From sequence record SRR22947725_330: DNA of 57,185 nt. One strand, given 5' to 3'. Below the pieces are notes generated by a model. The model worked only from the letters and a program-made list of their open reading frames with translations. It did not search any database and had not been told where the DNA came from. Positions 12,894 through 24,257 of this stretch are shown piece after piece; the stretch's first letter is position 1; each line of letters opens with the position of its first letter. A program made the translations under genes and the position numbers.

Positions 12894-14258
12894 ATGTCAG
12901 TACTCGACCAGATCGTCAAGGCGTACGACATCCGCGGCACGGTTCCCGATCAGCTCAATGCTGATGTGGCCCACGCCCTCGGAGTCGGGTTCGCCATTCA
13001 CATCCGCCAGGCCAGTACTGCAGAGCAGGTGGTCATTGCTCGTGACATGCGGCCCTCCGGCCCGCAATTCGTTGAAGCGTTCTCGCGAGGGCTGCTCGAT
13101 CAAGGCCTTGACGTGGTCGATCTCGGACTTGGGTCTACGGACATGATGTATTACGCGTCTGGCATCCTTGATGCGCCAGGCGCGATGTTCACCGCATCCC
13201 ACAACCCTGCCGAATACAACGGCGTCAAGCTGTGTATGGCGGGGGCTCGGCCCGTCGGCGTCGACACCGGCCTGCTTGACGTCAAGCGGGTCGCCGCCGA
13301 GGTGCTCGACGGAACGACCCCGAAGCCCGCAGCACGCGCAGGCACACGGGTCGAGCGCAACGTCCTCGACGACTTCGCCGAGCACGTGCTCACGTTCGTC
13401 GACCTCAATGACATTGGGCCGATGAAGGTCGTTGCCGACACCGCCAACGGCATGGGCGGCCTTGTGGTCCCTGCGGTGTTCGAACGGCTCGCCAACGTCG
13501 AACTTGAGGTGATGTACCCCGAACTCGACGGAACTTTCCCGAATCATCCTGCCGATCCGCTGCAACCAGCCAATCAGCGTGACCTGCGGGCGCGCGTCAC
13601 GAGCGGTGGATTTGACATCGGGCTGGCCTTCGACGGTGACGCTGACCGCGTGTTTGTCGTCGACGAGCAGGGCGAGGGGATGAGCGGTTCGACCACGACT
13701 GCGCTGTTGGCGGTCGCTGCTCTGCGCCAGAACCCTGGTGCCTCGATCTTGCACAACCTGATCTGCTCGCGAGCCGTCCCCGAAGTTGTGCGCGAGCACG
13801 GTGGCGTGCCGATTCGGACCAAGGTCGGGCATTCCTTCATCAAGCAGGTGATGGCTGATACGGGAGCGGTCTTTGGTGGTGAGCACTCAGCGCACTACTA
13901 CTTCGCGCGCAACTACAACGCTGATAGCGGACTGATTGCATCACTCGTCGTGATGGCCGAAGCAGGCCGGAGCGGTGTTCCGCTCTCGGAGGTTCGCCGC
14001 CCGTATGAGCGCTACTCGGCAAGCGGAGAGATCAACACCGAGGTTGATGACGCGTTGGCCGTGATCGAACGTGTCAGCAGCGAATACTCCGAATGTAAGC
14101 AGGATCGACTCGATGGGCTCACCGTCAACGGTGGCGAGTGGTGGTTCAATCTCCGGCCGTCCAACACTGAGCCGCTGTTGCGGTTGAATCTCGAGGCTGC
14201 AGACCGCGACTCATGCGACGACCGCGTGGCAGCGCTGCTTGGCTCGATCACGGCCTGA
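12894..14258 (+). CDS. manB: Phosphomannomutase/phosphoglucomutase
   Basis: KAYDIRG, TASHNP phosphoserine loop, FDGDADR, GGEHSAH, RPSNTEP. Confidence 0.92.
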   Translation: MSVLDQIVKAYDIRGTVPDQLNADVAHALGVGFAIHIRQASTAEQVVIARDMRPSGPQFVEAFSRGLLDQGLDVVDLGLGSTDMMYYASGILDAPGAMFTASHNPAEYNGVKLCMAGARPVGVDTGLLDVKRVAAEVLDGTTPKPAARAGTRVERNVLDDFAEHVLTFVDLNDIGPMKVVADTANGMGGLVVPAVFERLANVELEVMYPELDGTFPNHPADPLQPANQRDLRARVTSGGFDIGLAFDGDADRVFVVDEQGEGMSGSTTTALLAVAALRQNPGASILHNLICSRAVPEVVREHGGVPIRTKVGHSFIKQVMADTGAVFGGEHSAHYYFARNYNADSGLIASLVVMAEAGRSGVPLSEVRRPYERYSASGEINTEVDDALAVIERVSSEYSECKQDRLDGLTVNGGEWWFNLRPSNTEPLLRLNLEAADRDSCDDRVAALLGSITA

Positions 14259-14345
14259 CGTTCGTTCCAAACGTGTGGTGGATGACCTCGGTCTGTTGGT
14301 CGCCAAGAGCCGAATATTGGTCGGTTCGCCGTCTACGCTGCAGAA

Positions 14346-14585
14346 ATGTCACTGTCACCCGCGTTGCTGGAAATCTTGGCCTGTCCCGAAGACAAGGGGC
14401 CCCTGTACTACATCGAGTCTGAGTCGATGCTGTACAACCCGAGGCTCTCTCGGTCGTATGAAATTCGCGATGACATTCCGGTGATGTTGATCGACGAGGC
14501 CGTGGCCGTCGACGATGGCGAACACGGTCGATTGATGGCCATCGTTGCCGAACAGTCGATCGAGCCGACGTTCCAGGCGGGGTGA
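14346..14585 (+). CDS. Trm112/UPF0434 family protein
   Basis: LLEILACPEDKGPL...YEIRDDIPVMLIDEA; usual neighbour of manB. Confidence 0.88.
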   Translation: MSLSPALLEILACPEDKGPLYYIESESMLYNPRLSRSYEIRDDIPVMLIDEAVAVDDGEHGRLMAIVAEQSIEPTFQAG

Positions 14586-14714
14586 CGATCGAAAGATTGT
14601 TGGATTCGCTCAAGTTCGGCCTTGGCCCCGTCGATGAGAACAACGAGCAAGAGTTTCGATCCTGGGCCATGGCGTGTCGTCGGGTTCTATGACAGAGGGG
14701 TTACAGTTGAGAAT

Positions 14715-16196
14715 ATGAGTCAGAACAAGTGGTTCCGACAGGCGGTTGCTGTTGCCGCGGCATGTGCGATGGTGGCATCGGTCAGTTCGACAGGAGCCGT
14801 TGTCTCGGCCGTTGGCCCTGTCGACGCAGGCGGTGAGTTTCACCCGCTGACGCCGGCACGCATTCTCGATACTCGTCCAGAAGAGGGCAAGTACGATGTC
14901 GCCCCGTTGGGTCCGAAGCCAACCGGAGTTGGCAATGTCACGACTGGGGAGTGGTCCTTCGACCCGCTGGGACGTGGTGGGCTGCCTCAACCCGAAGATG
15001 CGGACGATGTCCTCGCGATCGTCGTGACCGTGACCGTGACCGAGCCAACACAGCCGGGTTACCTTGCGGCGTATCCGACAGGCTTTGATTTTGGTGGCGA
15101 CGAGATCTCGGCGCTACTTACCTTTGGCGCCGGCGCCAACGTTCCGAACCTCGCCGTCCTCGGCTTGGGTCCGAACGGCACGCTGACGTTCAACGCGAAT
15201 ACAGTCGCTGCAGGGTCCTACCATCTTGTGGTCGATGTGTTCGGTTGGATCTCAACGTCGACGCACGACAGCGGCGGGGGTCGACTGGAACTCGTGAATC
15301 CTGGACGGATCATGGACACTCGAGCGGTCGGCAACGGAGTCGAGAGCGGATGCAATCCCAATCCTCGGGCGCCAGGACAGTCTCTCGCGGCGGCTGACTC
15401 AGTCGCCCTCCAGATTCGCGGCGCCGCCGCGGTCTGCCCGGCTCAGCCGAGCATCGTGCCCAACGATTCGCGGGTCACCGCCGTTTTGGTGAACCTGGCA
15501 CTTGTCAACAACAACCCGACGAGCCAACCTACCTATGTCACGGCGACGCCTACTAGCGTCCAGACGAACCCAGACAAGACGGCGAACTCGCTTGCCGTCG
15601 CCGGCGGGATTCATGCAAACATGGCGGTGGTGCCCGTCGGCAACGACGGCAAGATTCATCTTTTCAATAACGCTGGCGAGCTCGACCTCGTCGTTGACGT
15701 GCTCGGCTACTTCATTGAGGATGTGGACGCCGACTGGGCAGCGACAAACCGCGGCAGGGTCGTGCCTCTCGAGGCTCCATTCCGGGCCTTCGACACCCGT
15801 GAAACCGCGTTTGGTGATGCGCCGCTCTCACACGGCACGAAAGAGTCTTGGAGCTTCAAGCAGTTCGCTGAATCCGTCACGCTCAACCCGGACGCCGATC
15901 AGCCGGAGGTTGCTCCTGAGCAGCTCGGATTGATTGGCGGCCTCTTCGCCGTTGACCTGCAAAAGACGTATGCCTCTGATGGTGATGGTGTGTCGTCATA
16001 TCTCCAGATGTATCCCGGTGGACTGACGGAGCGACCGCTGAGCGCGAACGTGAACTTCTTCCCCGGCGAAATCGTGCCGAACACCTCATTGATCAAGTAC
16101 GGCACCGTCGAGGCCGACGCATACGTGGTCGATGTCTATAACGCCTACGGGTCGATCGACTACGTGCTCGACGTGTACGCCATCGTCCTTGCTTAA
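14715..16196 (+). CDS. Secreted protein made of three PxRxxDTR-type beta-rich repeats
   Basis: Signal peptide MSQNKWFRQAVAVAAACAMVAS; repeats open with LTPARILDTR, VNPGRIMDTR, EAPFRAFDTR and close with VVDVFGW, VVDVLGY, VLDVYA. TACAGT 7 nt before the ATG. Confidence 0.75.
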   Translation: MSQNKWFRQAVAVAAACAMVASVSSTGAVVSAVGPVDAGGEFHPLTPARILDTRPEEGKYDVAPLGPKPTGVGNVTTGEWSFDPLGRGGLPQPEDADDVLAIVVTVTVTEPTQPGYLAAYPTGFDFGGDEISALLTFGAGANVPNLAVLGLGPNGTLTFNANTVAAGSYHLVVDVFGWISTSTHDSGGGRLELVNPGRIMDTRAVGNGVESGCNPNPRAPGQSLAAADSVALQIRGAAAVCPAQPSIVPNDSRVTAVLVNLALVNNNPTSQPTYVTATPTSVQTNPDKTANSLAVAGGIHANMAVVPVGNDGKIHLFNNAGELDLVVDVLGYFIEDVDADWAATNRGRVVPLEAPFRAFDTRETAFGDAPLSHGTKESWSFKQFAESVTLNPDADQPEVAPEQLGLIGGLFAVDLQKTYASDGDGVSSYLQMYPGGLTERPLSANVNFFPGEIVPNTSLIKYGTVEADAYVVDVYNAYGSIDYVLDVYAIVLA

Positions 16197-16204
16197 CAAC
16201 ACCA

Positions 16205-16240
16205 CCAGCCGGCGAGCACTGGTCGGTCTCGACCGGCTGG
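16205..16240 (+). terminator. GC hairpin after the repeat-protein gene
   Basis: CCAGCCGG...CCGGCTGG stem with inner CGAG/CTCG; no U-tract. Confidence 0.45.
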
Positions 16241-16254
16241 GCTCGTCGAGCCGG

Positions 16255-16383
16255 TACACTGACTCGACCGAATCACCGGGCTGATTCGATCGGCGCCTGA
16301 GGGCCCCGGCCCGGTTCGGAGAACTTCGACGCCGCAATGGTTGCGGCGTTCGTTCGAACTGTTCCACCCTCAGGAGGGTCCCC
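16255..16383 (+). promoter_or_regulatory. ahcY promoter (-10 TACACT) and structured 5' leader; riboswitch candidate
   Basis: TACACT 16255-16260; ACCGGGC/GCCCGGT; CCTGAGGG/CCCTCAGG overlapping SD AGGAGG (16372-16377); GACGCCGCAA/TTGCGGCGTT hairpin. Confidence 0.5.
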
Positions 16384-17865
<1,482 letters not shown>

Positions 17866-17894
17866 GCCTCCGTCCGGAGTCCTCAGCGAAGTGA

Positions 17895-17940
17895 ACGTGA
17901 GCCGCAGCTTCCACACGGAGGCAGCGGCTTGCGTCGTTTT
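17895..17940 (+). terminator. Probable intrinsic terminator between convergent genes
   Basis: ACGTGAGCCGC-A-GCTTCC-ACAC-GGAGGC-A-GCGGCTTGCGT followed by CGTTTT. Confidence 0.6.
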
Positions 17941-18015
17941 AGCTACGCGCTGCAGCCGTCGGTTTCGGCTATCTGACTTGGTTGCTCTGGTTGACTTGAC
18001 TGTTCCGGATGGGTT

Positions 18016-18690
18016 TCAGCGGCTGAGTCGCGCCCGAAAGAGCTTGACGGCACTGTTGGCTTTGCGTCGGTAGCGCCTCGCGGCCATCCGGAGTGGGTTG
18101 GCCTTGAGGTCGATGACGATGGTGAAACCGTTGCCGACCTTCTTGTCGGGGTCCTCGATGTAGATGACGTGATAGCCGAACGATTCACACATCGCGTGGA
18201 ACGACTGTGAAGTCCACCGCGAGTGATGCCAGTCGGTTGCGACTTTGGTGCTGAGCGGTTCGGAATAGCGGGCCCTGTGCTCGTCGATCGTGGTGAGCGG
18301 CAATCCAAGGTCTGTTGCGGCGGCATCGGGGTGCGGGCAGATGATGAAAATATATCTACGGGCGATCCGCGACCACTCGTCGATGGCGGTCATCGGGTCG
18401 TAGAAGTGTTCGACGACGTGAGAGTTGATCACAAAATCGAGTGATTTGTCAGCGAATGGCAGGCGGTCACCGGTTGACACGACGTCGATGGGCATCACCT
18501 CACCGCACATGTCGATCTGTGATGCCACGTACATGGCCGTCTGTGGGTCGCCGGGAGTGAGTCGATCGACGTTCCACGTGTTGAGGCCGAACGCGTTGTG
18601 CGCTGCACCTCCGATCTCGACTCCGACGAGTCCGTCGAGCAGTTCGTGAGCCAGCGTCGATTCGGGAAACTTGTCCGTCGCATCGGCCAC
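18016..18690 (-). CDS. Class I SAM-dependent methyltransferase-like protein
   Basis: GVEIGG motif I variant, LPFADKSLDFVINSHVVEH; TATACT 6 nt before the GTG. Confidence 0.75.
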   Translation of the reverse strand: MADATDKFPESTLAHELLDGLVGVEIGGAAHNAFGLNTWNVDRLTPGDPQTAMYVASQIDMCGEVMPIDVVSTGDRLPFADKSLDFVINSHVVEHFYDPMTAIDEWSRIARRYIFIICPHPDAAATDLGLPLTTIDEHRARYSEPLSTKVATDWHHSRWTSQSFHAMCESFGYHVIYIEDPDKKVGNGFTIVIDLKANPLRMAARRYRRKANSAVKLFRARLSR

Positions 18691-18750
18691 AAGTGCAGTA
18701 TACGACGTGGTTGGCGAGGGCCGAAACTAACGCAGTCAGGTCCTGGTCGC

Positions 18751-19395
18751 TCAGATTGGCTTCATCGTGAGGCGGGGAAGAAACACTTGAACAAGGGGGC
18801 CGATGCCAAACGCGAACACCGCTGTTCCGATGCCGATTGACCCGCCGAGCGCGATGCCGACACAGAGGACGAGCAACTCGACCGCGGTACGCGCGACGCG
18901 AATGGAAATCTGCCAACTGCCGATCGAGCGTTTGGCAAGGCCAGTCATCAAACCGTCACGCGGCCCAGGTCCGAGGCCGGCACCGATGTAGAAGCCCGAA
19001 CCGATCGCGATCACCGTGACCCCACCCAACATGAGCAGCGTGCGCGTGACGAGGAGGTTGGACTCAGGGATCCACGGCAGGGTGATATCGACGACGATGC
19101 CGATCACGGTCGCGTTGAGCAGGGTGCCGAGCCCTGGTCGTTCACGCAGCGGAATCCAGAGGAGAAGGAGCGCGAGACCGGTGAGGATGACAACGTTGCC
19201 GACCGAAATCCCGGTGATTTCGCTGACTCCGGTGTGAAAGACGTCCCACGGCGCAGCGCCGAGGTCGGCATCGATAATCATCGAGATGCCGAGGCCGAAG
19301 AGTGCCAGCCCGAAAAGGCAACGGACGAGCCGTTCGATGAAGCGGTCGCGAGGAACTCGCAAGGTCGGAGTCGGTGCCGCATTGGTTCCGGCCAT
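18751..19395 (-). CDS. YczE/YyaS/YitT family membrane protein
   Basis: LGAAPWDVFH, PGLGTLLN, LGPGPRDGLM, GIGT motifs. Start 19395 chosen from a TACCGT -10 box (alternative 19509). Confidence 0.85.
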   Translation of the reverse strand: MAGTNAAPTPTLRVPRDRFIERLVRCLFGLALFGLGISMIIDADLGAAPWDVFHTGVSEITGISVGNVVILTGLALLLLWIPLRERPGLGTLLNATVIGIVVDITLPWIPESNLLVTRTLLMLGGVTVIAIGSGFYIGAGLGPGPRDGLMTGLAKRSIGSWQISIRVARTAVELLVLCVGIALGGSIGIGTAVFAFGIGPLVQVFLPRLTMKPI

Positions 19396-19522
19396 CGGGT
19401 GCACGGTATCGAGTGGGTGGACCGCTGGGGCCAGCGGTTTCGGTCGCGCCGATGTGCGCACTGCTTCGTCGACCAGATCGGCACGGGCCGACTCTGTGAC
19501 AGTGCTCATTCATGATGGCAGC

Positions 19523-20164
19523 ATGCTCTTCGAAACTCGCTGTGCAGGCTGCGACACACCCGGCCTGGCCATCTGCAGGACTTGTCGATTCGCGTTGGTC
19601 GGCCGACCGCCGCAGCCACAGGCGCATGGCGTTATTGCCGCGGTGCCATTCACCGGGCGGGCACGCGACGTCGTGCTCTCGCTCAAGTACCGCAACCGCC
19701 GCCAAGTAGCTCGCCACCTGGGCGGATTGTTGGTCAACCGGCTTGTCGAGGCCGGGGTGCATGATGATCTTGACGTGGTGACGTGGGCGCCGACCAGTTC
19801 GCGCCGACGCCGACAGCGAGGGTTCGATCAGGCAGAAGAGATCGCGCGCACAGTCGGCCGACAACTGGGTGTGCCGACCCGCCGTCTTCTGGCCCGGCCT
19901 GGGTCGTCAACAGCACAAACGGGAAAGAATCGGTCTGAGCGCCTCGACGGCCCAGAGTTCATCGCCAAACCCGGTCTGTGGGGTCGCAACGTTGTGGTGG
20001 TGGACGACGTGGTCACCACCGGTGCCACGCTGCTCGCCGCCGCCGACGCGCTGCGGCAGCAGGGAGCGCGGGACGTGACGCTTGCTGCAGTCGCGTCGAC
20101 ACCGGCTGCGGTCGGCGCCAAGGTGCTGTCGTTCCGTCATGCGCCTCGGGCAGTGGCTGCCTGA
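19523..20164 (+). CDS. comF: ComF family phosphoribosyltransferase-like protein
   Basis: CAGC...CRTC zinc finger, RGFDQA, VVDDVVTTGATL; upstream of secA. Confidence 0.88.
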   Translation: MLFETRCAGCDTPGLAICRTCRFALVGRPPQPQAHGVIAAVPFTGRARDVVLSLKYRNRRQVARHLGGLLVNRLVEAGVHDDLDVVTWAPTSSRRRRQRGFDQAEEIARTVGRQLGVPTRRLLARPGSSTAQTGKNRSERLDGPEFIAKPGLWGRNVVVVDDVVTTGATLLAAADALRQQGARDVTLAAVASTPAAVGAKVLSFRHAPRAVAA

Positions 20165-20183
20165 CGGTAGGATTGGCGCCCTC

Positions 20184-22997
20184 ATGGGCATTCTCGATCG
20201 AATTCTTCGCGCCGGCGAAGGCAAGAAACTCAAGGCGCTCGAGGGCATCGTCCCCGAGATCAACGCACTCGAGGACGACTACCGCAAACTCACCGACGAC
20301 GCGCTCAAAGCGAAGACCGGCGAGTTCCGTCAGCGCCTCGAAAACGGCGAAGATCTCGACGACATGCTGGTCGAAGCCTTCGCGGTCACGCGTGAGGCGG
20401 CAGACCGCACACTCGGACAACGCCACTTCGACGTGCAGATGATGGGCGGCGCAGCGCTCCACTTCGGCTGGGTCGCCGAGATGAAGACCGGTGAGGGGAA
20501 AACCCTCACGTCGACAGCGCCCGTGTTCCTCAACGCCATTGCCCAGAAGGGCGTGCACCTCGTCACGGTCAACGACTACCTGGCCCAATACCAGTCGGAG
20601 CTGATGGGCCGCATCTACCGGTTCATGAACATGGACGTCGGGTTGATCCTGCCAGGTCGTGGCGCCACCGCAGCCGAGAAGCGCAAGAGCTACGCCGCCG
20701 ATGTCACCTATGGCACCAACAACGAACTCGGTTTCGACTATCTCCGCGACAACATGGCGCCCAGCAAAGACGCCAAGGTTCAACAGCGCGGTCACAACTT
20801 CTGCATCGTTGATGAAGTCGACTCGATTCTCATCGACGAGGCGCGTACCCCGCTCATCATCTCGGGCCGTGTCGCAGACGCAGCGAAGCTGTACTACCGG
20901 TTCGCCTCCATTGTTCGTTCGCTCAAGCGGGACGTGGACTACGAGTTCGAAGAAGACAAGCGGATCGTTGTACCGACGGAGCAGGGCATCGAGACCGTCG
21001 AAGCCGCGCTCGGCGTCGAGAACCTCTACGACACCGTCGAAGCGAACCTCGTGCACCAATTCACGGTGGCGCTAAAGGCGAAAGAGGTCTACAAGCGCGA
21101 CAAGGACTACATCGTCCAGGGCGGCGAAGTGAAGATCGTCGATGAGTTCACCGGCCGTGTGCTCGAGGGCCGTCGTTGGTCCGAAGGCATCCACCAGGCT
21201 GTCGAAGCCAAAGAGGGCGTCAAGATCAAGGAAGAGAACCAGACCCTCGCCACCATCACGCTGCAGAATTACTACCGGCTCTACGAAAAGCTTGCCGGCA
21301 TGACGGGCACGGCCGCCACAGAGGCAGCTGAACTGATGAACACCTACGGCCTCGGGGTGGTGCCCATTCCGACCAATCAGCCGGTGGTCCGCGCCGACGA
21401 GCCGGACTTGATCTACAAGTCCGAAGAGGCAAAATTCAACGCAATCATCGACGACATCGAAGAACGCCACGCGAAGGGACAGCCGATCCTTGTCGGTACT
21501 GCCAGCGTTGGCCGTTCGGAGCACCTGGGCCGTCTCCTCGATCAGCGCAACATCACCTGCGAGGTCCTCAACGCCAAGCAGCACACCCGTGAGGCCGAGA
21601 TCGTCACCCAGGCAGGTCGCCTCGGTGCGGTCACCGTCGCTACCAACATGGCGGGTCGCGGCGTCGATATTCTGCTCGGAGGCAACCCCGAAGGACTCGC
21701 CCAAACCGAGGTCCTGAAGGCCGGGTACACCGATGAGCATCTGAAGTCCGACTTCGAGTTCGCCGTGCCAGTCGAGCAGATGCCTGAAGAGTTTCAGGTC
21801 GAACGCAAGAAGGCCCAGACGTTGTACGACGACATGCTTGCCAAGTTCTCCGGTGAGTGTGAGCGCGAGCGTCAGCAGGTTCTGGATCAGGGTGGTCTCT
21901 ACGTCATTGGTTCCGAGCGTCACGACAGCCGCCGCATCGACAACCAGCTCCGTGGCCGTTCCGGTCGTCAGGGCGACCCTGGGGCGAGCCGCTTCTTCCT
22001 GAGCCTCGATGACGATCTGATGCGCCTGTTTGCGACCGGCGCGCTGAACTATGTCATGGGGCGAGCGCTGCCTGACGACGAGGCCATCGAGGCGAAGATG
22101 GTCACCAAGGCCATCGAGCGTGCACAGACCACGGTCGAGACCAAGAACGCCGAGATTCGCAAGAATGTCCTCAAGTACGACGAGGTGATGAACGAGCAGC
22201 GCAAGATCATCTACCAGCGCCGCGACCAGATCCTCGATGGCGCAGATCTCAAGAATGCCGGAGCTGAGTACTTGGCCGATGCGGTCGACGCGTTGATCAC
22301 GACGCACTGTGCTTCGGCTGCCGACGATGAGTGGGATCTCGACGGCCTGGCCAAAGAACTCACGCTCTACTGGCCAAATTCGAGCTCGGTCGAGCAGTTG
22401 CAGGCATGCGCTGACACCGACGAGATCTACGAGATGGTGATGTCGAACGCCACTGCTCACTACGAGCAGCGTGAAGAAGAGATGGGCGCCGACACGCTGC
22501 GTCAGGTGGAACGCCAGGTGATGCTGCGCATCATCGACCAACGCTGGCGCGAACATCTCGAAGAGATGGACTACCTGCAGGGCGGAATCAACCTGCGAGC
22601 CATGGGTCAGAAGGATCCCCTTGTCGAATGGCAACGCGAAGGTTTCGAGATGTTCGGCACGATGATGACCGGTATTGCGCAGGACTTCGTCAAGTACGTC
22701 ATGCATGTGCAGGTCGTCAAAGACGGCGAGGCACAGCCGGTGGTGGGCGCAGCGGCAGCAGCAACCGTTCAGAACCTCCAGACCAGCTCGTCCGACGACG
22801 TCCAGTCGAGTGGCTTTGACCGCGCCGCACGCGCTGCTGCAGCCGATGCCGCAGGTGCGCCCGCAACTGCAGCCGAAGCGCCCGAGCCGAAGAAGCAGGA
22901 GACGGTGGTCAAGGACGCCTTTGAAAAGACGCCCCGCAATGCGCCGTGTCCCTGTGGTTCTGGCAAGAAGTTCAAGAACTGCCACGGCGAAGCCTGA
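20184..22997 (+). CDS. secA: Preprotein translocase ATPase SecA
   Basis: EMKTGEGKT, VDEVDSILIDEARTP, ATNMAGRG, QLRGRSGRQGDPG, C-terminal CPCGSGKKFKNCH. Confidence 0.98.
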   Translation: MGILDRILRAGEGKKLKALEGIVPEINALEDDYRKLTDDALKAKTGEFRQRLENGEDLDDMLVEAFAVTREAADRTLGQRHFDVQMMGGAALHFGWVAEMKTGEGKTLTSTAPVFLNAIAQKGVHLVTVNDYLAQYQSELMGRIYRFMNMDVGLILPGRGATAAEKRKSYAADVTYGTNNELGFDYLRDNMAPSKDAKVQQRGHNFCIVDEVDSILIDEARTPLIISGRVADAAKLYYRFASIVRSLKRDVDYEFEEDKRIVVPTEQGIETVEAALGVENLYDTVEANLVHQFTVALKAKEVYKRDKDYIVQGGEVKIVDEFTGRVLEGRRWSEGIHQAVEAKEGVKIKEENQTLATITLQNYYRLYEKLAGMTGTAATEAAELMNTYGLGVVPIPTNQPVVRADEPDLIYKSEEAKFNAIIDDIEERHAKGQPILVGTASVGRSEHLGRLLDQRNITCEVLNAKQHTREAEIVTQAGRLGAVTVATNMAGRGVDILLGGNPEGLAQTEVLKAGYTDEHLKSDFEFAVPVEQMPEEFQVERKKAQTLYDDMLAKFSGECERERQQVLDQGGLYVIGSERHDSRRIDNQLRGRSGRQGDPGASRFFLSLDDDLMRLFATGALNYVMGRALPDDEAIEAKMVTKAIERAQTTVETKNAEIRKNVLKYDEVMNEQRKIIYQRRDQILDGADLKNAGAEYLADAVDALITTHCASAADDEWDLDGLAKELTLYWPNSSSVEQLQACADTDEIYEMVMSNATAHYEQREEEMGADTLRQVERQVMLRIIDQRWREHLEEMDYLQGGINLRAMGQKDPLVEWQREGFEMFGTMMTGIAQDFVKYVMHVQVVKDGEAQPVVGAAAAATVQNLQTSSSDDVQSSGFDRAARAAAADAAGAPATAAEAPEPKKQETVVKDAFEKTPRNAPCPCGSGKKFKNCHGEA

Positions 22998-23021
22998 GCG
23001 CGAAAGGACACCACTGGGTTC

Positions 23022-24131
23022 ATGCGCGACTTCACACACGACATCCGCGAGGTACAACGTCGACTTGCCGAGGCCGAGGTCTATCTCTCGGTCGTCGAGA
23101 ACCGCGAGCGTTTCGCAGTGCTCGAACACGAGGTGGCTGAGCCGGGACTTTGGGATGACCAGGACCGAGCCAAGAAGCTCAACGCCGAGTACGCCAACAT
23201 CAAAGATGACCTTGAGGCGTTCGACACGCTGACCGAAGACATCGAAAACGTCGAGGTGCTCCACGAGTTGGCGCGCGACGAAGACGACGTCAGCCTGGAG
23301 CCCGAAATTGAGACGGCGATTGGCGCGATTGCGGCAACGTTCGATCAGCTTGAGTTGCGCAGCATGTTCACCGGCGAGCACGACGACACCGACTGCATCG
23401 TGCAGATCAACGCCAAGGATGGTGGCGTCGACGCCCAGGACTTCTCCGAGATGCTGCTGCGCATGTACGAGAAGTGGTGTGAGCGGCGCGGCTTCACGAT
23501 CACCCTCAACGGTGTGTCCGAAGGCGCTGAAGCCGGGATCATGTCGGCGGAGGTCACGATTTCTGGCCGGTATGCCTATGGCTTGATGAGCGCGGAACGG
23601 GGCACCCATCGGCTGGTGCGCATCAGCCCCTTCGACAACCAAGGGCGGCGTCAGACTTCGTTCGCAGCAGTCCAGGTGTGGCCGCTACTCGAAGATGTCG
23701 AGCTGGACATCGATGAGTCCGACATCGAAATGCAGGTGTTCCGAGCGTCAGGCGCTGGCGGCCAACACATCAACAAGACGTCGTCCGCGGTGCGTTACAT
23801 CCACCACCCAACCGGTCTGGTGGCGAGCTCGCAGGAAGAGCGGAGCCAGTTGCAGAACCGTGAGCGGGCCATGGGCCGCTTGAAGTCGATGATTGCGGCG
23901 AAGGCTGAAGAAGACCGCCAGGCCGAACTCGATGCCATCGCAGGCAAGCAAGCCCAGGTCGGCTGGGGGAGCCAGATTCGCAGCTACGTGATGCAGCCGT
24001 ACCAGATGGTGAAGGATCTCCGCACCGAGATCGAGACGGCCAACGTCAGTGGCGTGCTCGACGGTGATATCGACTTCCTCATTGAAGGCTTTCTGCAGTT
24101 CAAGCGGGCTCAGGGTGAAGCCGACGCCTGA
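23022..24131 (+). CDS. prfB: Peptide chain release factor 2 (continuous ORF)
   Basis: RISPFD (SPF), GAGGQH, WGSQIRSYV. Confidence 0.96.
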   Translation: MRDFTHDIREVQRRLAEAEVYLSVVENRERFAVLEHEVAEPGLWDDQDRAKKLNAEYANIKDDLEAFDTLTEDIENVEVLHELARDEDDVSLEPEIETAIGAIAATFDQLELRSMFTGEHDDTDCIVQINAKDGGVDAQDFSEMLLRMYEKWCERRGFTITLNGVSEGAEAGIMSAEVTISGRYAYGLMSAERGTHRLVRISPFDNQGRRQTSFAAVQVWPLLEDVELDIDESDIEMQVFRASGAGGQHINKTSSAVRYIHHPTGLVASSQEERSQLQNRERAMGRLKSMIAAKAEEDRQAELDAIAGKQAQVGWGSQIRSYVMQPYQMVKDLRTEIETANVSGVLDGDIDFLIEGFLQFKRAQGEADA

Positions 24132-24257
24132 GCCGGTGGGCGCCGTGTGTGAGCCACTGGTCACGAAATATGCGGGTGGGGTGCCTCATTGCCTGTGTGT
24201 GACGGCGGTACTGTCTTGCAGCGCTGATCGGACCGTTCCGACTAGACAACCTTCCTT

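Noticed and set aside
23022-23120. Programmed +1 frameshift in prfB
   Set aside because: The ORF is continuous with no CTTTGA shift site near the start, as is usual for Actinomycetota.
21072-23642. 856-aa minus-strand ORF and the many other long antisense ORFs
   Set aside because: Shadow frames of secA/prfB and other high-GC genes; no motifs.
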